From: an uncultured virus (IMG/VR IMGVR_UViG_3300026493_000141)
Lineage: Duplodnaviria > Heunggongvirae > Uroviricota > Caudoviricetes
Length of the DNA stretch: 63,074 bases
Direction: 5' to 3' (one strand)
Virus record (IMG/VR): IMGVR_UViG_3300026493_000141
Coordinates: 62,001-125,074 of that record
Shown here: positions 39,983 through 49,965 of the stretch, piece after piece
How positions within the stretch are numbered: position 1 is the stretch's first letter
Layout of the letters: each line of letters starts with the position of its first letter
Made by a program: the position numbers and the translations under genes
The notes under the pieces: model-generated
The model's input: the letters and a program-made list of their open reading frames with translations, nothing else
Told to the model about the DNA's origin: nothing
Database searches by the model: none

Positions 39983-40351
39983 ATGTTGGCAGATGTATCT
40001 ACATACAATCTAGTTGCATACGTACTAGCTGCGGTAGCTATCGTAATGTCTGGTGTCTCAGTTTTCAAGCGTGTCAAGTTACGAGTAATCCTACCTGAAG
40101 CAAAGGCTAAAACCACTCTCGTTAACATTCTATCGGAACTAGAAAAGTTAGCGGATGAAACCTTCGACCTCAATTATGACGCTAATAAAGAAGCGATCGA
40201 GGAAATTCAGGATAGAGTCGTGCAGTTACTTCACATCCTATTTATGATGGATGGTAAGATAACTCCAGAAGAACAGGCAATCCTTGATAGCATGGATATC
40301 AGAAAATTAAAAGAGTTACTTGTGGAAAAGTTAAAGCTTCATATTAAATAA
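39983..40351 (+). CDS. Single-TM membrane protein, late class
   Basis: N-terminal TM helix; AAAGGAG RBS; AACA-N6-TA at 39946-39957. Confidence 0.65.
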   Translation: MLADVSTYNLVAYVLAAVAIVMSGVSVFKRVKLRVILPEAKAKTTLVNILSELEKLADETFDLNYDANKEAIEEIQDRVVQLLHILFMMDGKITPEEQAILDSMDIRKLKELLVEKLKLHIK

Positions 40352-40374
40352 AGAGCAGAGTAGAGGATTTCCCT

Positions 40375-41715
40375 CTACTCTGTTTCTTTTCCGCCGTTTT
40401 CAGGTTCTTCTGGTTCCTGTCCTAATACAACGTGTGTTTTTGTCGGTACCAAGTCTCGATTATATAACTTATCTTTCAATTCATTAATAAGTTGTAAATC
40501 TTCGTATATCATTAATTGATACTCACTAGACTTTTCAGTACCAGCATTTATTACCGTCAATTCGAAAGTCTTCCAGTCTACAGAGAATTCTTCCTCTGGA
40601 ACTAATTCAGACTCTCGATATAAAATAACCTTATACATTTGACCTAGGTCTATGTAATAAGAACGCATTATTTCATGTAAGTCCTGTGTTGGTAAGTCGA
40701 ATAGACTACTTATAGGAGTTACATCTTTTACAGGGTCGTCCATCTCGAATGAAGTAGAGATGGACAACGTTTTGCCGTCGTCTAAGCGATTATAGACTTC
40801 TGGCATTTGCATTGTTAGTAATGGAATGATATCAGTTGATGATAAGTTTCCTACTAACATTTCTCCTTGTGATTCTTCTATCTTATCATGAGGTAATCCA
40901 GATAGATAGTAGAATGCTGAAGGATAATTGAACTCTACTGTAACGTTATGAGTAATCTTAAAGTCATCAGTAGTTTGTCCTGTACGGTCACCCTCATCCA
41001 TATCAGGACGACCATTGAAATGCATGTACAGGTTAAGCCCTATTAATGCAAAGAAACGATATTGTTTCGTTGCACCTTTAAATCGGTAGGATATAGCCGT
41101 TGAAGAATTCTTATTCATATAATCCACAAACGGTTTTACACTACCATGCTCATCGAATACAGGAATCCCTGAATCTTTTGAGAGTTGGTTAATAACAGAT
41201 GGTGGCAACTCAGCCTCCATAATAATCGAATGATAGAATGGTTGGTCGAATCGCATATTGTTTAACATATACCCCATGGTATTATATTGCATGAAGTTTG
41301 TACTTAATACATATACCAATTCGAACTCCATCTTCATACGCTCTACAGAATAATCGATAAATAAACTTTTCTCGAAATCCTTAAAGAGTTTGATATCATT
41401 AAAGTCAGGACGCGTTGCATCGTATGTCGCTGGCTTTAGATATCTTCTTCGAACGAAGTCAATATTAAACTCCGTTTCCTCTGGAATCATTTTCGGTGTA
41501 ATAGATATGATTGGTTTATTCTTCTTTAATTGTAAGAAGCCAAATCTATCATTTACTTCTTTAAAGTCCTTAATAGCAATACGTGTATTCACGTTACTTG
41601 ATTTAAAGAATCCTTTCGGAAAACTAGACCGGCAATAATCCATTACAATACTTGTGACATTCCCACTAATGTGAGCCATGGAAGTATTGACAGTTGATTG
41701 GAAATAGTTCTTCAT
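40375..41715 (-). CDS. Hypothetical protein (446 aa), possibly structural
   Basis: Long ORF with GGAGGG RBS. Confidence 0.65.
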   Translation of the reverse strand: MKNYFQSTVNTSMAHISGNVTSIVMDYCRSSFPKGFFKSSNVNTRIAIKDFKEVNDRFGFLQLKKNKPIISITPKMIPEETEFNIDFVRRRYLKPATYDATRPDFNDIKLFKDFEKSLFIDYSVERMKMEFELVYVLSTNFMQYNTMGYMLNNMRFDQPFYHSIIMEAELPPSVINQLSKDSGIPVFDEHGSVKPFVDYMNKNSSTAISYRFKGATKQYRFFALIGLNLYMHFNGRPDMDEGDRTGQTTDDFKITHNVTVEFNYPSAFYYLSGLPHDKIEESQGEMLVGNLSSTDIIPLLTMQMPEVYNRLDDGKTLSISTSFEMDDPVKDVTPISSLFDLPTQDLHEIMRSYYIDLGQMYKVILYRESELVPEEEFSVDWKTFELTVINAGTEKSSEYQLMIYEDLQLINELKDKLYNRDLVPTKTHVVLGQEPEEPENGGKETE

Positions 41716-41727
41716 TGTATATCCCTC

Positions 41728-42087
41728 CTATACAATGTACTGTTTCACAAGATCAACTGCTGATTTCTGTTTTGCTAATTGCTGTTGTAATTGAATCATT
41801 TTATGACGTAGCTTTACTTCAATTGTCAGTCCGTACATTTTATCTAAGAAGTTTAGCTTAACACGTTCTTTTAATAATTGCTGCTGATTCTCAACAGGTT
41901 CCATACTATAATAAATAATAGCTAATTCTTTACTCTGAATATCAACGGCTATTACTTGATAACCGTCTTTTGCTTTTTGTACCTTTGCATCAATTGTTTC
42001 CATAATAGTAACCCGTGAAGGTTCCGCTGGAGTTAATTGATCTTGCGCTAGAAATCCAATTGGTCTAGCAGTAATATCAGTTCTCAT
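41728..42087 (-). CDS. Paralog array member
   Basis: YQVI...AIIYY...VKLNFLDKMYGLTIEVKL. Confidence 0.65.
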   Translation of the reverse strand: MRTDITARPIGFLAQDQLTPAEPSRVTIMETIDAKVQKAKDGYQVIAVDIQSKELAIIYYSMEPVENQQQLLKERVKLNFLDKMYGLTIEVKLRHKMIQLQQQLAKQKSAVDLVKQYIV

Positions 42088-42347
42088 ATTATTTCCCCTT
42101 TTCTATGTAATCTTTCTGCTTGTCGAATTTCTTCGTCTATTTCATCTATACGAGTTAAAAGTTTATCAGCTAAAGAGCGACGTAATAGTCGCTCCTTTAA
42201 TGAAAGTTTTACCGTAGCACGTTCAGAATCTTCTATTCGTTCAGTTCCACCTTTGGTATAATAAATTGTAGCCTCTCTCCCATTATCCCTGTAGTCTACA
42301 TATAAAATACTAAATATACGTCTACGATATTCTAATAACTTTCCCAT
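42084..42347 (-). CDS. Paralog array member
   Basis: ATIYY...VKLSLKERLLRRSLADKL. Confidence 0.65.
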   Translation of the reverse strand: MGKLLEYRRRIFSILYVDYRDNGREATIYYTKGGTERIEDSERATVKLSLKERLLRRSLADKLLTRIDEIDEEIRQAERLHRKGEII

Positions 42348-42364
42348 AGTCTAAATATCCCCTT

Positions 42365-42781
42365 TTATTTTATCTTTGGAATAATTTCTTGCTTCTCGCT
42401 TGTTAAATCCATTTCTCTCATTGTAATTTTATGAGGTTGAGATAGATAATGCTCATCAGCCCAATCTCTGACTTTCTCAACTTTAGAATGTCTAAAATAA
42501 GCTTTTTCCAATTTATTATTAATCTTCTCTATCGCTTTAAATACTTTATCTTCAAGCGTAGTACCGATTAATCTATCAAACCAAGTATGTTTCACATCTT
42601 TACTATAGTCGGTAGTCACTCGTGCACCTATTGCATTAATATGAACTACTTTTTCTTTTGTATAGTTAATACGAATCGTCGAGTCGTCAATGACTGTAAA
42701 TGCCGTAATTTGCCAAGACAATGTGTCCCCTAGAATTACTTTAGACATTTTCTCGGTAAAGGTAGTAAAAGTATTAGTCAT
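42365..42781 (-). CDS. Paralog array member
   Basis: Start MTNTF after GGAGGTGG; INY...VKHTWFDRLIGTTLEDKV. Confidence 0.65.
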   Translation of the reverse strand: MTNTFTTFTEKMSKVILGDTLSWQITAFTVIDDSTIRINYTKEKVVHINAIGARVTTDYSKDVKHTWFDRLIGTTLEDKVFKAIEKINNKLEKAYFRHSKVEKVRDWADEHYLSQPHKITMREMDLTSEKQEIIPKIK

Positions 42782-43541
42782 CACTACCACCTCCACCGCA
42801 AGAACCACCATCTGAAGATGGGCTTGGTTCATAGCCACCACGAGATGATCCTGAGTCGCGACATGGGTTAGAAGCATAATCATCTCTAGTAAATAACCCG
42901 CCACTTCTATCATTATCTTCATAAATATCATCATTACGATAGTAGTTAGGATTTTTAGGTTTTGCTACTTTGAATGATGAATCTTGCTGACGCTTAGGTT
43001 GCGGTGCTGGCGGTGCCGGTCTAGGTGATGTTGGCACCTGTTTCTTATTAATTGTAACTTTACCGCTTCTGATTGCTGAAGATAGTTCATCTATATTCTC
43101 ATGAAGCGGTCTATTTTTAAATAATTCAGCACCTTTGTCCGCAGGTCTACCGTGAGCACTTTCACCAATAGACATAATCAACTCTCGTTCCTTTTGCTTA
43201 ATCTCAGCATTCTTCTCTTCTGCGTATGATGTAAGTACAACCCTACGATTTTTACGATTTTCAGTTTCCTTATTTTGCTGTATGCATCGCTGAATATGTT
43301 TCTGTTTCTCCTCTTCTATTTCAGCTTTCAATTTCTCTAATACGATATTAACTTTATCGTCTAACGTTCGTCCACGGAAACTATCCCACCATGTTAATTC
43401 CACAGGTCTCCCATAGTTACTTCCGTTTTTCCTATAGTTGATATAGATAAGTCCATCTCTATTATCATATTCGATTTCCCCGACTTTATAGTCGTTATCA
43501 ATCTTTTCTGACTGTTTTAATGTTAATTTTGATGTTGACAC
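42774..43541 (-). CDS. Paralog array member with Pro-rich and Ser/Gly-rich tail
   Basis: IYINY...VELTWWDSFRGRTLDDKV. Confidence 0.65.
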   Translation of the reverse strand: MSTSKLTLKQSEKIDNDYKVGEIEYDNRDGLIYINYRKNGSNYGRPVELTWWDSFRGRTLDDKVNIVLEKLKAEIEEEKQKHIQRCIQQNKETENRKNRRVVLTSYAEEKNAEIKQKERELIMSIGESAHGRPADKGAELFKNRPLHENIDELSSAIRSGKVTINKKQVPTSPRPAPPAPQPKRQQDSSFKVAKPKNPNYYRNDDIYEDNDRSGGLFTRDDYASNPCRDSGSSRGGYEPSPSSDGGSCGGGGSDD

Positions 43542-43931
43542 TTAGTTTTCCTCCTCATTATTACCAGGCTTTTTAAACTGGTATTTAGCATTTAAATCTT
43601 TTACAAGTTCATTCGTAGTCTTATTCATCCGTTTATTATATTCTTTAGCGGGACGACCTGCTATAATTCGTTTTGAAGCACGGTCACGTTCTTTTTCAAT
43701 TAGTCTATTTACTTTCTCAACTTCTCTTTGAAGTTTATCGTCGAATGATTTATTTCTAATAAGTTCCCACATTGTTAATTGAACTTCTTTATACTCAGGA
43801 TTTCCATTTAATACGTAATAGATATGTCCTTTAAAGCGTTCTTCATCATAAGTAACTTCCCCTATATGGTATCTCTTATCCATTGAAATCTTTTCACCGA
43901 CTGATAATTGAGAATAGTAAGTATTTGTCAT
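43542..43931 (-). CDS. Paralog array member
   Basis: HIYY...VQLTMWELIRNKSFDDKL. Confidence 0.65.
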   Translation of the reverse strand: MTNTYYSQLSVGEKISMDKRYHIGEVTYDEERFKGHIYYVLNGNPEYKEVQLTMWELIRNKSFDDKLQREVEKVNRLIEKERDRASKRIIAGRPAKEYNKRMNKTTNELVKDLNAKYQFKKPGNNEEEN

Positions 43932-44185
43932 TTTAAAAATTCCCCTTTTAGTTGTTTTAGGCGTAGCCTTCTTCTTAGGTCATTTATGACCGCAGATAGT
44001 TTACATTCAAACGATTCTTCTGTAAGAATACGTTCCACTATCCCTAACTTCACATCTTTCTTGTGAAGATTCTTAACCGAACTTGTAGGTTCTTCTGCAT
44101 AGAAAATCGTTGCACGGTTTTTACCGTACCTAATAATCTTAACCACTTGGTATTGGTAAGTGGGTTTGTTGTATCTCTTTTTCAT
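43928..44185 (-). CDS. Paralog array member
   Basis: ATIFY...VKLGIVERILTEESFECKL. Confidence 0.65.
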   Translation of the reverse strand: MKKRYNKPTYQYQVVKIIRYGKNRATIFYAEEPTSSVKNLHKKDVKLGIVERILTEESFECKLSAVINDLRRRLRLKQLKGEFLK

Positions 44186-44255
44186 TTATGTATGTCTCTC
44201 CCTTTGTGTAGTTATTATATAGTTTACAAAAAAATAAAACGCCATTTCTGACGTT

Positions 44256-44810
44256 TTATCCAATCTTCGTCATGTATCTAGCTGGTACATAACAGAATAC
44301 TTCTTTTGTAATCTCTACACTAGATGGAGTTGAGAAGTCGTACTCTGTATTCTTCTTCACGATAACATACATTTCTGTTTCTTTAAATCCTTGTGGTTCT
44401 CTTACTAGACCTTGGATTCCATCTATCATTTCATTGTATCCTAATTTAAGTGATTGTGTATCTGAACTATAATCAATGTGAGCAGATTGTCTAATACCTT
44501 TCTTAGACGCATTAGTCTCTACGTTCACTGTAATGGCTTTGTTAAATGTATCCCAGCTTACATATCTTACAGGTACATTCTCATTGTCTGCAATTTCACT
44601 TGCGCGAGCTACAACTTTTACAACCTGTTTTAATACTTCTGATTCTTCTCTTTTACGAATTGCTCTGAATTCATTAAAGTTATAGATTGTCGCTGGTTCT
44701 GGATTAATAGGAGCATAGTTATTTTCTTCGACTTTCATGTCTACGAAATAATCCATTGCTTTCGTTCCTACTTCTTTTACTTTTGCGAATACCTTAGTTA
44801 ATTTTGTCAT
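44256..44810 (-). CDS. Early hypothetical protein
   Basis: Early promoter at 44858-44875; C-terminal VKK...YVP motif. Confidence 0.7.
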   Translation of the reverse strand: MTKLTKVFAKVKEVGTKAMDYFVDMKVEENNYAPINPEPATIYNFNEFRAIRKREESEVLKQVVKVVARASEIADNENVPVRYVSWDTFNKAITVNVETNASKKGIRQSAHIDYSSDTQSLKLGYNEMIDGIQGLVREPQGFKETEMYVIVKKNTEYDFSTPSSVEITKEVFCYVPARYMTKIG

Positions 44811-44857
44811 TTTTGATGACCTCCAGTGATTTTATAATTAGATAACTTTTTATTATC

Positions 44858-44875
44858 TCACTTATATAATGTGTA
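44858..44875 (-). promoter_or_regulatory. Early-type phage promoter
   Basis: TACACATTATATAAGTGA. Confidence 0.7.
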
Positions 44876-44941
44876 CTTGTAGTATTCGTTATTACGATTT
44901 TAGTAAAAGTGACAAAAAAAAAGAAGTAGACCGATTGTGGT

Positions 44942-45469
44942 CTACTTCCTAATGTTACCTACTGGTAGGTAAATATAAATAATTTCTTTTACATGATGAG
45001 CATTCATAATTGGCTCATACGTATTTCCATCATATGATACTGTCCAGTTATTAATCTCTTTCTTAACTACTAATGGTTTCGTTGGATTAAACTGTGCATT
45101 CGTATGTTGTTTTGATTTGTCTGCTGAATTATCAGCTTTATATTTAAACGTGCTACTATAAGTTCCAAAAGTGCATTCTCCTAATAATACTTGCGACTTA
45201 TCAATAGCTCCGTATTTCTTATTTACGCCAGGTACATATTGCTTATCATATATTGTAGTACGATCAGTTATCATCTTCATCATTTTAGATGGTGTAGTAA
45301 TCGTATGAATATGATAGAATGTACCAGTTCCTACTTTATTAGCAATCATAGCTATTTCTTCTTCAGTTAGCATACCTCTAGAACGTAATCCTAATATTCC
45401 TTTCAGTTTACTTAATCTAGCTTCTGCTTCCATTGCGATATCTGCGAATTCTTCTTTTAAATTAAACAT
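44942..45469 (-). CDS. Early hypothetical protein
   Basis: AGGAGG RBS; C-terminal VKK...IYLP motif. Confidence 0.7.
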   Translation of the reverse strand: MFNLKEEFADIAMEAEARLSKLKGILGLRSRGMLTEEEIAMIANKVGTGTFYHIHTITTPSKMMKMITDRTTIYDKQYVPGVNKKYGAIDKSQVLLGECTFGTYSSTFKYKADNSADKSKQHTNAQFNPTKPLVVKKEINNWTVSYDGNTYEPIMNAHHVKEIIYIYLPVGNIRK

Positions 45470-45513
45470 TTTTATTTCCTCCTGATGTGTATTATTATAA
45501 TTTATTATTAGTA

Positions 45514-46017
45514 TTATTTAGCTGGGTTATATATAATTATTGTATTTTTATGTGATGCTTCACTTTTATTTTTATTATATCTATCACTACCGATCCAATG
45601 CATTCTACGTTTAACAAATATAACGAGTTCGTTTGGATCAGGTACAAAAGCACTTGCGCGCTTATAAATTCCTTTACTTTTATTACCATCGGCTACCATA
45701 GCTTGAAATGCTACACCGAATGCCATATCATCATTACCGATAATTGGTCGAGCCATTTCAATGATACCTTCATCGATACCATTCATATGTTGGATAGATG
45801 AGTTTAATAGGTTCATTTCTCTCAATAAGTCTTTATAGTCTGATGTCTGTTTTAATACAACTTTTTCTCCATCAGTTATCGCTAATGATACTCTCTGTAT
45901 TGTAATATCATCTAATTCAGTATATTCTTGTAATAAGGCTCTCGTATTCTTTTGTACGATAGCTACAAGTTCTCCTGCGTGTATAACTTCCTCATAATTT
46001 AGTTCTAATTGTGCCAT
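45514..46017 (-). CDS. Early hypothetical protein
   Basis: AGGAG RBS before ATG 46017; early promoter at 46044-46061; VKR...IYNP motif. Confidence 0.7.
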   Translation of the reverse strand: MAQLELNYEEVIHAGELVAIVQKNTRALLQEYTELDDITIQRVSLAITDGEKVVLKQTSDYKDLLREMNLLNSSIQHMNGIDEGIIEMARPIIGNDDMAFGVAFQAMVADGNKSKGIYKRASAFVPDPNELVIFVKRRMHWIGSDRYNKNKSEASHKNTIIIYNPAK

Positions 46018-46043
46018 AATAAAATCGCTCCTATCTAATTTAT

Positions 46044-46061
46044 TCACCTATATAATGTATA
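46044..46061 (-). promoter_or_regulatory. Early-type phage promoter
   Basis: TATACATTATATAGGTGA. Confidence 0.75.
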
Positions 46062-46068
46062 GTTATTT

Positions 46069-46323
46069 TCAATCATAACTTTTAATAATATCTATTATAG
46101 AACGCATGATGTTCTTATCTCTAGGTGAGCAATCCTCCTTTAGAACTTCTAATGAATAGTAAGCATAAGCGGCATCTACAACATCCCACATCGTGTGGCG
46201 GTATAGTATCTTATCAAATTTCTTCATACCGTTTGGATACGCTTGCTCCATTTTACTTATAAAATATCCGATTTCCTCGAAATCGTCTTCATACACTTTC
46301 AAAAATTGTCTTGCATTTACCAT
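46069..46323 (-). CDS. Hypothetical protein
   Basis: AGGAGG RBS. Confidence 0.65.
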   Translation of the reverse strand: MVNARQFLKVYEDDFEEIGYFISKMEQAYPNGMKKFDKILYRHTMWDVVDAAYAYYSLEVLKEDCSPRDKNIMRSIIDIIKSYD

Positions 46324-46435
46324 GGGATAATCCTCCTAATATAGTAGATTATCCTCTCCCTTGAATACGTGTTATGTTATTATTAAAAAATAATCAAAAA
46401 AATATAGAGACAGGAATTTATCCTGTCTCCATTTG

Positions 46436-47953
46436 TTAGTCTAGATAGATTGCATCATAGACTGCTTTTTCTTTCGTACGTTTAACTCGTACTTGTCTTA
46501 TAGATGTTTTACCAATTTGATTGAACTGATGTAATGAAATCAATTGGTCTTTAATTAAATTGAAGTCTGAGTTAAACTTACCATCATTGCGGTTGATTAA
46601 CATATTACTTCTTGGATTATAAGCTGCATTGTAGCTGTATGTTAGCTCTCTACCTTTCAGAGAGATAATGTTTAATACGTCACCATCAAAGTCTCCCGCT
46701 AGTACACCTAGTACGTTAATCGGAATAGACATTGTATAGTCATCATATTCTTCCTTTACATCTACTTTCATACAAAGTACGCTACCATAACTGATTGTCG
46801 GGTTACGGTTAATCAGTACTCGTAAACCACCCTTTGTATTATTGATGAGATACTTCATAAACTGTAGCATCTTATTACTAAAGGATATGGTCGCTTTCTG
46901 CCATTTATCAGTTGCTTCACTGATTGTAATTCCTTCTGACTTAATCATCAGATTGATTAACTCTGGTTTAAATAATTCTAAGAATCCGAGGTAAGGTAAT
47001 TTAATCTCATTAATCTTACAGTCCGATAATGGAACGATTACGTTACGTGAACTGAAGTTGAAACGAGAACCTAAGATGTTTCCTCGAATATGTCCTTCTT
47101 TCTTAGATAGTGCTGAGATGATATCATCATGCACATCCATTAGAATCTTTTGTGCTTCTGATAGTAATCGGTATAGACGAATACGTTTCTTATCTGTCGA
47201 TAAGTTATTCTTATTGATACCGAATATCTTAGAAGTTAGTTTTGCATATTTACCATTAATCTGACCGAATCTGAAATTCTCTTCTGTAATTGAGATTGGT
47301 CGTAATAGTAGAGAGTATACAGGAACGAACTTCGTGAATACTTTCTCACGGTTCTCCATAATGAATTGATAATACTCTTCTACGATTGGACGTTTCTTAC
47401 GATGGTAATTATAGTAATAGTCTATAATCTCATCAAATCTATAATAGAACTCTGTCATACCGATACCATAATATTTATCATTATGTGGTTTACCAGTGTC
47501 CACTTTTACTAGTTCATACTGACCTTCTAGGTTCAGGTTATAATCAGCGTCGATGATATTAAAGAACACCTTACGGTTTCCGATAAGTGTTTCAATCATT
47601 CGACATAGTGTAGGATGAATCAGATAATGCTCATTTTCTAGATGTAGCCAACCTGTCATCTGTAGGTTATTGTCTACGAATTTTACAGGTGTATTACATT
47701 CAGGGCAATCTGATCCTTCATAGATACGGCTTGTTAAGTAACCACATTCACAACGATAGCGTTCAGCGAATGCATTCTCATCACCCCATAGGGAACCGTA
47801 TTTGCTAGAATAGATACCTCCGTCTTCTCGGTCACCGTTCGCGGCTAACCCTTCAGGAGTCACGATATCGAAACCGTTTCCGTTTCGCATATCCTCCTTA
47901 TACATTTCTCGATAATCTTTTACGACTAATTTCACTTTTCTGTTCTTTGCCAC
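46436..47953 (-). CDS. RNA polymerase beta-prime N-terminal/catalytic subunit (probably non-virion RNAP)
   Basis: Zn finger CECG...CPEC, GSRFNFSSRNVI, NRNPT, catalytic AGDFDGD; early promoter at 47988-48005. Confidence 0.9.
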   Translation of the reverse strand: MAKNRKVKLVVKDYREMYKEDMRNGNGFDIVTPEGLAANGDREDGGIYSSKYGSLWGDENAFAERYRCECGYLTSRIYEGSDCPECNTPVKFVDNNLQMTGWLHLENEHYLIHPTLCRMIETLIGNRKVFFNIIDADYNLNLEGQYELVKVDTGKPHNDKYYGIGMTEFYYRFDEIIDYYYNYHRKKRPIVEEYYQFIMENREKVFTKFVPVYSLLLRPISITEENFRFGQINGKYAKLTSKIFGINKNNLSTDKKRIRLYRLLSEAQKILMDVHDDIISALSKKEGHIRGNILGSRFNFSSRNVIVPLSDCKINEIKLPYLGFLELFKPELINLMIKSEGITISEATDKWQKATISFSNKMLQFMKYLINNTKGGLRVLINRNPTISYGSVLCMKVDVKEEYDDYTMSIPINVLGVLAGDFDGDVLNIISLKGRELTYSYNAAYNPRSNMLINRNDGKFNSDFNLIKDQLISLHQFNQIGKTSIRQVRVKRTKEKAVYDAIYLD

Positions 47954-47987
47954 GACTAAGCACTCCCTAACATTTTAATTATCATAT

Positions 47988-48005
47988 TCACCTATATAAT
48001 ATATA
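47988..48005 (-). promoter_or_regulatory. Early-type phage promoter
   Basis: TATATATTATATAGGTGA upstream of the catalytic beta-prime gene. Confidence 0.75.
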
Positions 48006-48043
48006 ATTCTTTATTAGATTGTTTTTAGTCGTGTAAAAACTAA

Positions 48044-48991
48044 TTATCCTACAACATCATACATCACTAAACTGAATGACGACATATCCCATGAAGGAGA
48101 CTTCATTAAGTTGATAAGTTGAGTTGTATCTGTAAATCCTTTTGTTTTAATTGCATTCTTGACTTCCGCGTCGGTAGAATCTAATGTGATATTTAAAGTA
48201 ACCAATTCGCCACTTTGGATCGTATATAATTTCTTCTTACTATCACAGATAAGATATATGGCAGGTGCATCTAAATCATAAATTTCCACACTATCAATAT
48301 ATCCATTATACCCATATACTAAACTTGTATCGAATCTACACCCTAATGTAAATCTTCGAGTATGCCCTTTAAATACTTCATTAGCACTCGGTACAGATTC
48401 TTTAAGTAAGTTGTTAAAAGTTCTAACTATAATTTTTTCACCAGTTATTGCATTATTTACAATATCAACCGGAACCCAAGTTAAACCCGTTGAAGGTATA
48501 TTATAGCCTGGATTTACAATAAGATTTCCAGGTGATGATCCATTCGCTTTCCAGTAATAACTAGAATATGCTATCCCGTAATTTCCACCAGAAGTGGCAG
48601 TCGGTATATTTAATCCAATACCATACTCTCCAGAATTGTAAGAGGTGTCTAATGTCTGAAATAAATGCATAATAGAGCCAAATATTGCGGGTCTCAACTT
48701 CATTTTCATATAATGTCGAACCGGGACCACTGATGATTTAAATGTAACATAGCTTGTAGGGGATTCTTTTGGAGTATTATTAAAGTACATTACTTTTCTT
48801 CCAAGACTAACATCCTCCACTATTTCAACATTTTTCATAGTCCCATCGTTACCATTACCTGATAAATCGACTAAAGTGTCACCGACAACACCTCTTGGAT
48901 CATTGACATCATATTTTGCCACTAATCTTTTTCTTGTTGATTCTATATCATTAATAGATTTAATTGGTTCTGTTTTTACTATAGTTCCCAT
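48044..48991 (-). CDS. LamG/concanavalin A-like protein with shared C-terminal module
   Basis: DLSGNGNDGT, FTLG...YNGYIDSVEIYD. Confidence 0.65.
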   Translation of the reverse strand: MGTIVKTEPIKSINDIESTRKRLVAKYDVNDPRGVVGDTLVDLSGNGNDGTMKNVEIVEDVSLGRKVMYFNNTPKESPTSYVTFKSSVVPVRHYMKMKLRPAIFGSIMHLFQTLDTSYNSGEYGIGLNIPTATSGGNYGIAYSSYYWKANGSSPGNLIVNPGYNIPSTGLTWVPVDIVNNAITGEKIIVRTFNNLLKESVPSANEVFKGHTRRFTLGCRFDTSLVYGYNGYIDSVEIYDLDAPAIYLICDSKKKLYTIQSGELVTLNITLDSTDAEVKNAIKTKGFTDTTQLINLMKSPSWDMSSFSLVMYDVVG

Positions 48992-49003
48992 AGTATAGCC
49001 TCC

Positions 49004-49909
49004 TTATATAGCTTTAACTACTATTCTAAATTTATCTTTAAACCATCCAGTCACCAAAGCTTGCGGTAAATCACTTAACTGAGAAGTTGTAAATCCGCTT
49101 TTACTTATAGCTTCTAATAGCTTAGCATCAGTATTATATGAATCTTCAGGAATAATTACGATTCGATTCGTACTATCTATTGTATAATACTTACCGTCAG
49201 TATCCTGTAAGAACATTTTTGTTTCCGTTAACTTATCTAAATCATAGATTTTAATATAAGTTATAGAGCCTTTATAATATAATCGAGAATCTAATGACTG
49301 ACCTCTACCCATACAAATTGTCCGTAATTGTTTAACTTCAGCATTACATTGTACCGTTTTAACTGTAGAGTCATCACTTTTACTTTTAAGTAAAACAGGT
49401 GTATTGAGTTTATTATTATGCATAATTTCAACTCTAAATGCTTTAGAGAATGGTAACTCACCTATAGATATATTATTCATATACGATTTGCCATTATACA
49501 TAAAATGATTAACAGTAGCGCTACTACTATTACCTGATTGATATATTATGGTTCCGTCAGTTTCTCTTGATATAGACCCATCACCATAAAGTGCAGTACC
49601 TAGTATACACCCAGTATCACCAGATATGGGTGTAATTTCCATATCAATATAATACCGTTCAGGTAATAAAATTTTGGTAGAGGCATACGAAGTAGACCCA
49701 TTAAACACACCTTTCCTATTAGGTATATCTGTAGGATTTTCAAGAGTAATGCCATATAATCTAACTTCGTCACTTTTTCCTGTTAAATCTAAGAGATAGT
49801 TTGTAGAACCGCTGGTACGTATCCCATTAGGATGATTAAATGCATAATGTACGTACGGTTCAGCTAATAACGAATATAGTTCTTTAAAATTATTAATTAT
49901 TTTCATCAT
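49004..49909 (-). CDS. LamG/concanavalin A-like protein with shared C-terminal module
   Basis: DLTG, FNGSTSY, MGR...YKGSITYIKIYD; late promoter at 49928-49939. Confidence 0.65.
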   Translation of the reverse strand: MMKIINNFKELYSLLAEPYVHYAFNHPNGIRTSGSTNYLLDLTGKSDEVRLYGITLENPTDIPNRKGVFNGSTSYASTKILLPERYYIDMEITPISGDTGCILGTALYGDGSISRETDGTIIYQSGNSSSATVNHFMYNGKSYMNNISIGELPFSKAFRVEIMHNNKLNTPVLLKSKSDDSTVKTVQCNAEVKQLRTICMGRGQSLDSRLYYKGSITYIKIYDLDKLTETKMFLQDTDGKYYTIDSTNRIVIIPEDSYNTDAKLLEAISKSGFTTSQLSDLPQALVTGWFKDKFRIVVKAI

Positions 49910-49965
49910 AAACCTCCTTACTATTATTATAAAAATGTTGAGGAAGCCCGTATAGGCTTCCTCTG

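Noticed and set aside
42782..42934. N-terminal extension of ORF 42365-42934
   Set aside because: It overlaps the upstream gene, and a strong RBS supports the start at 42781.
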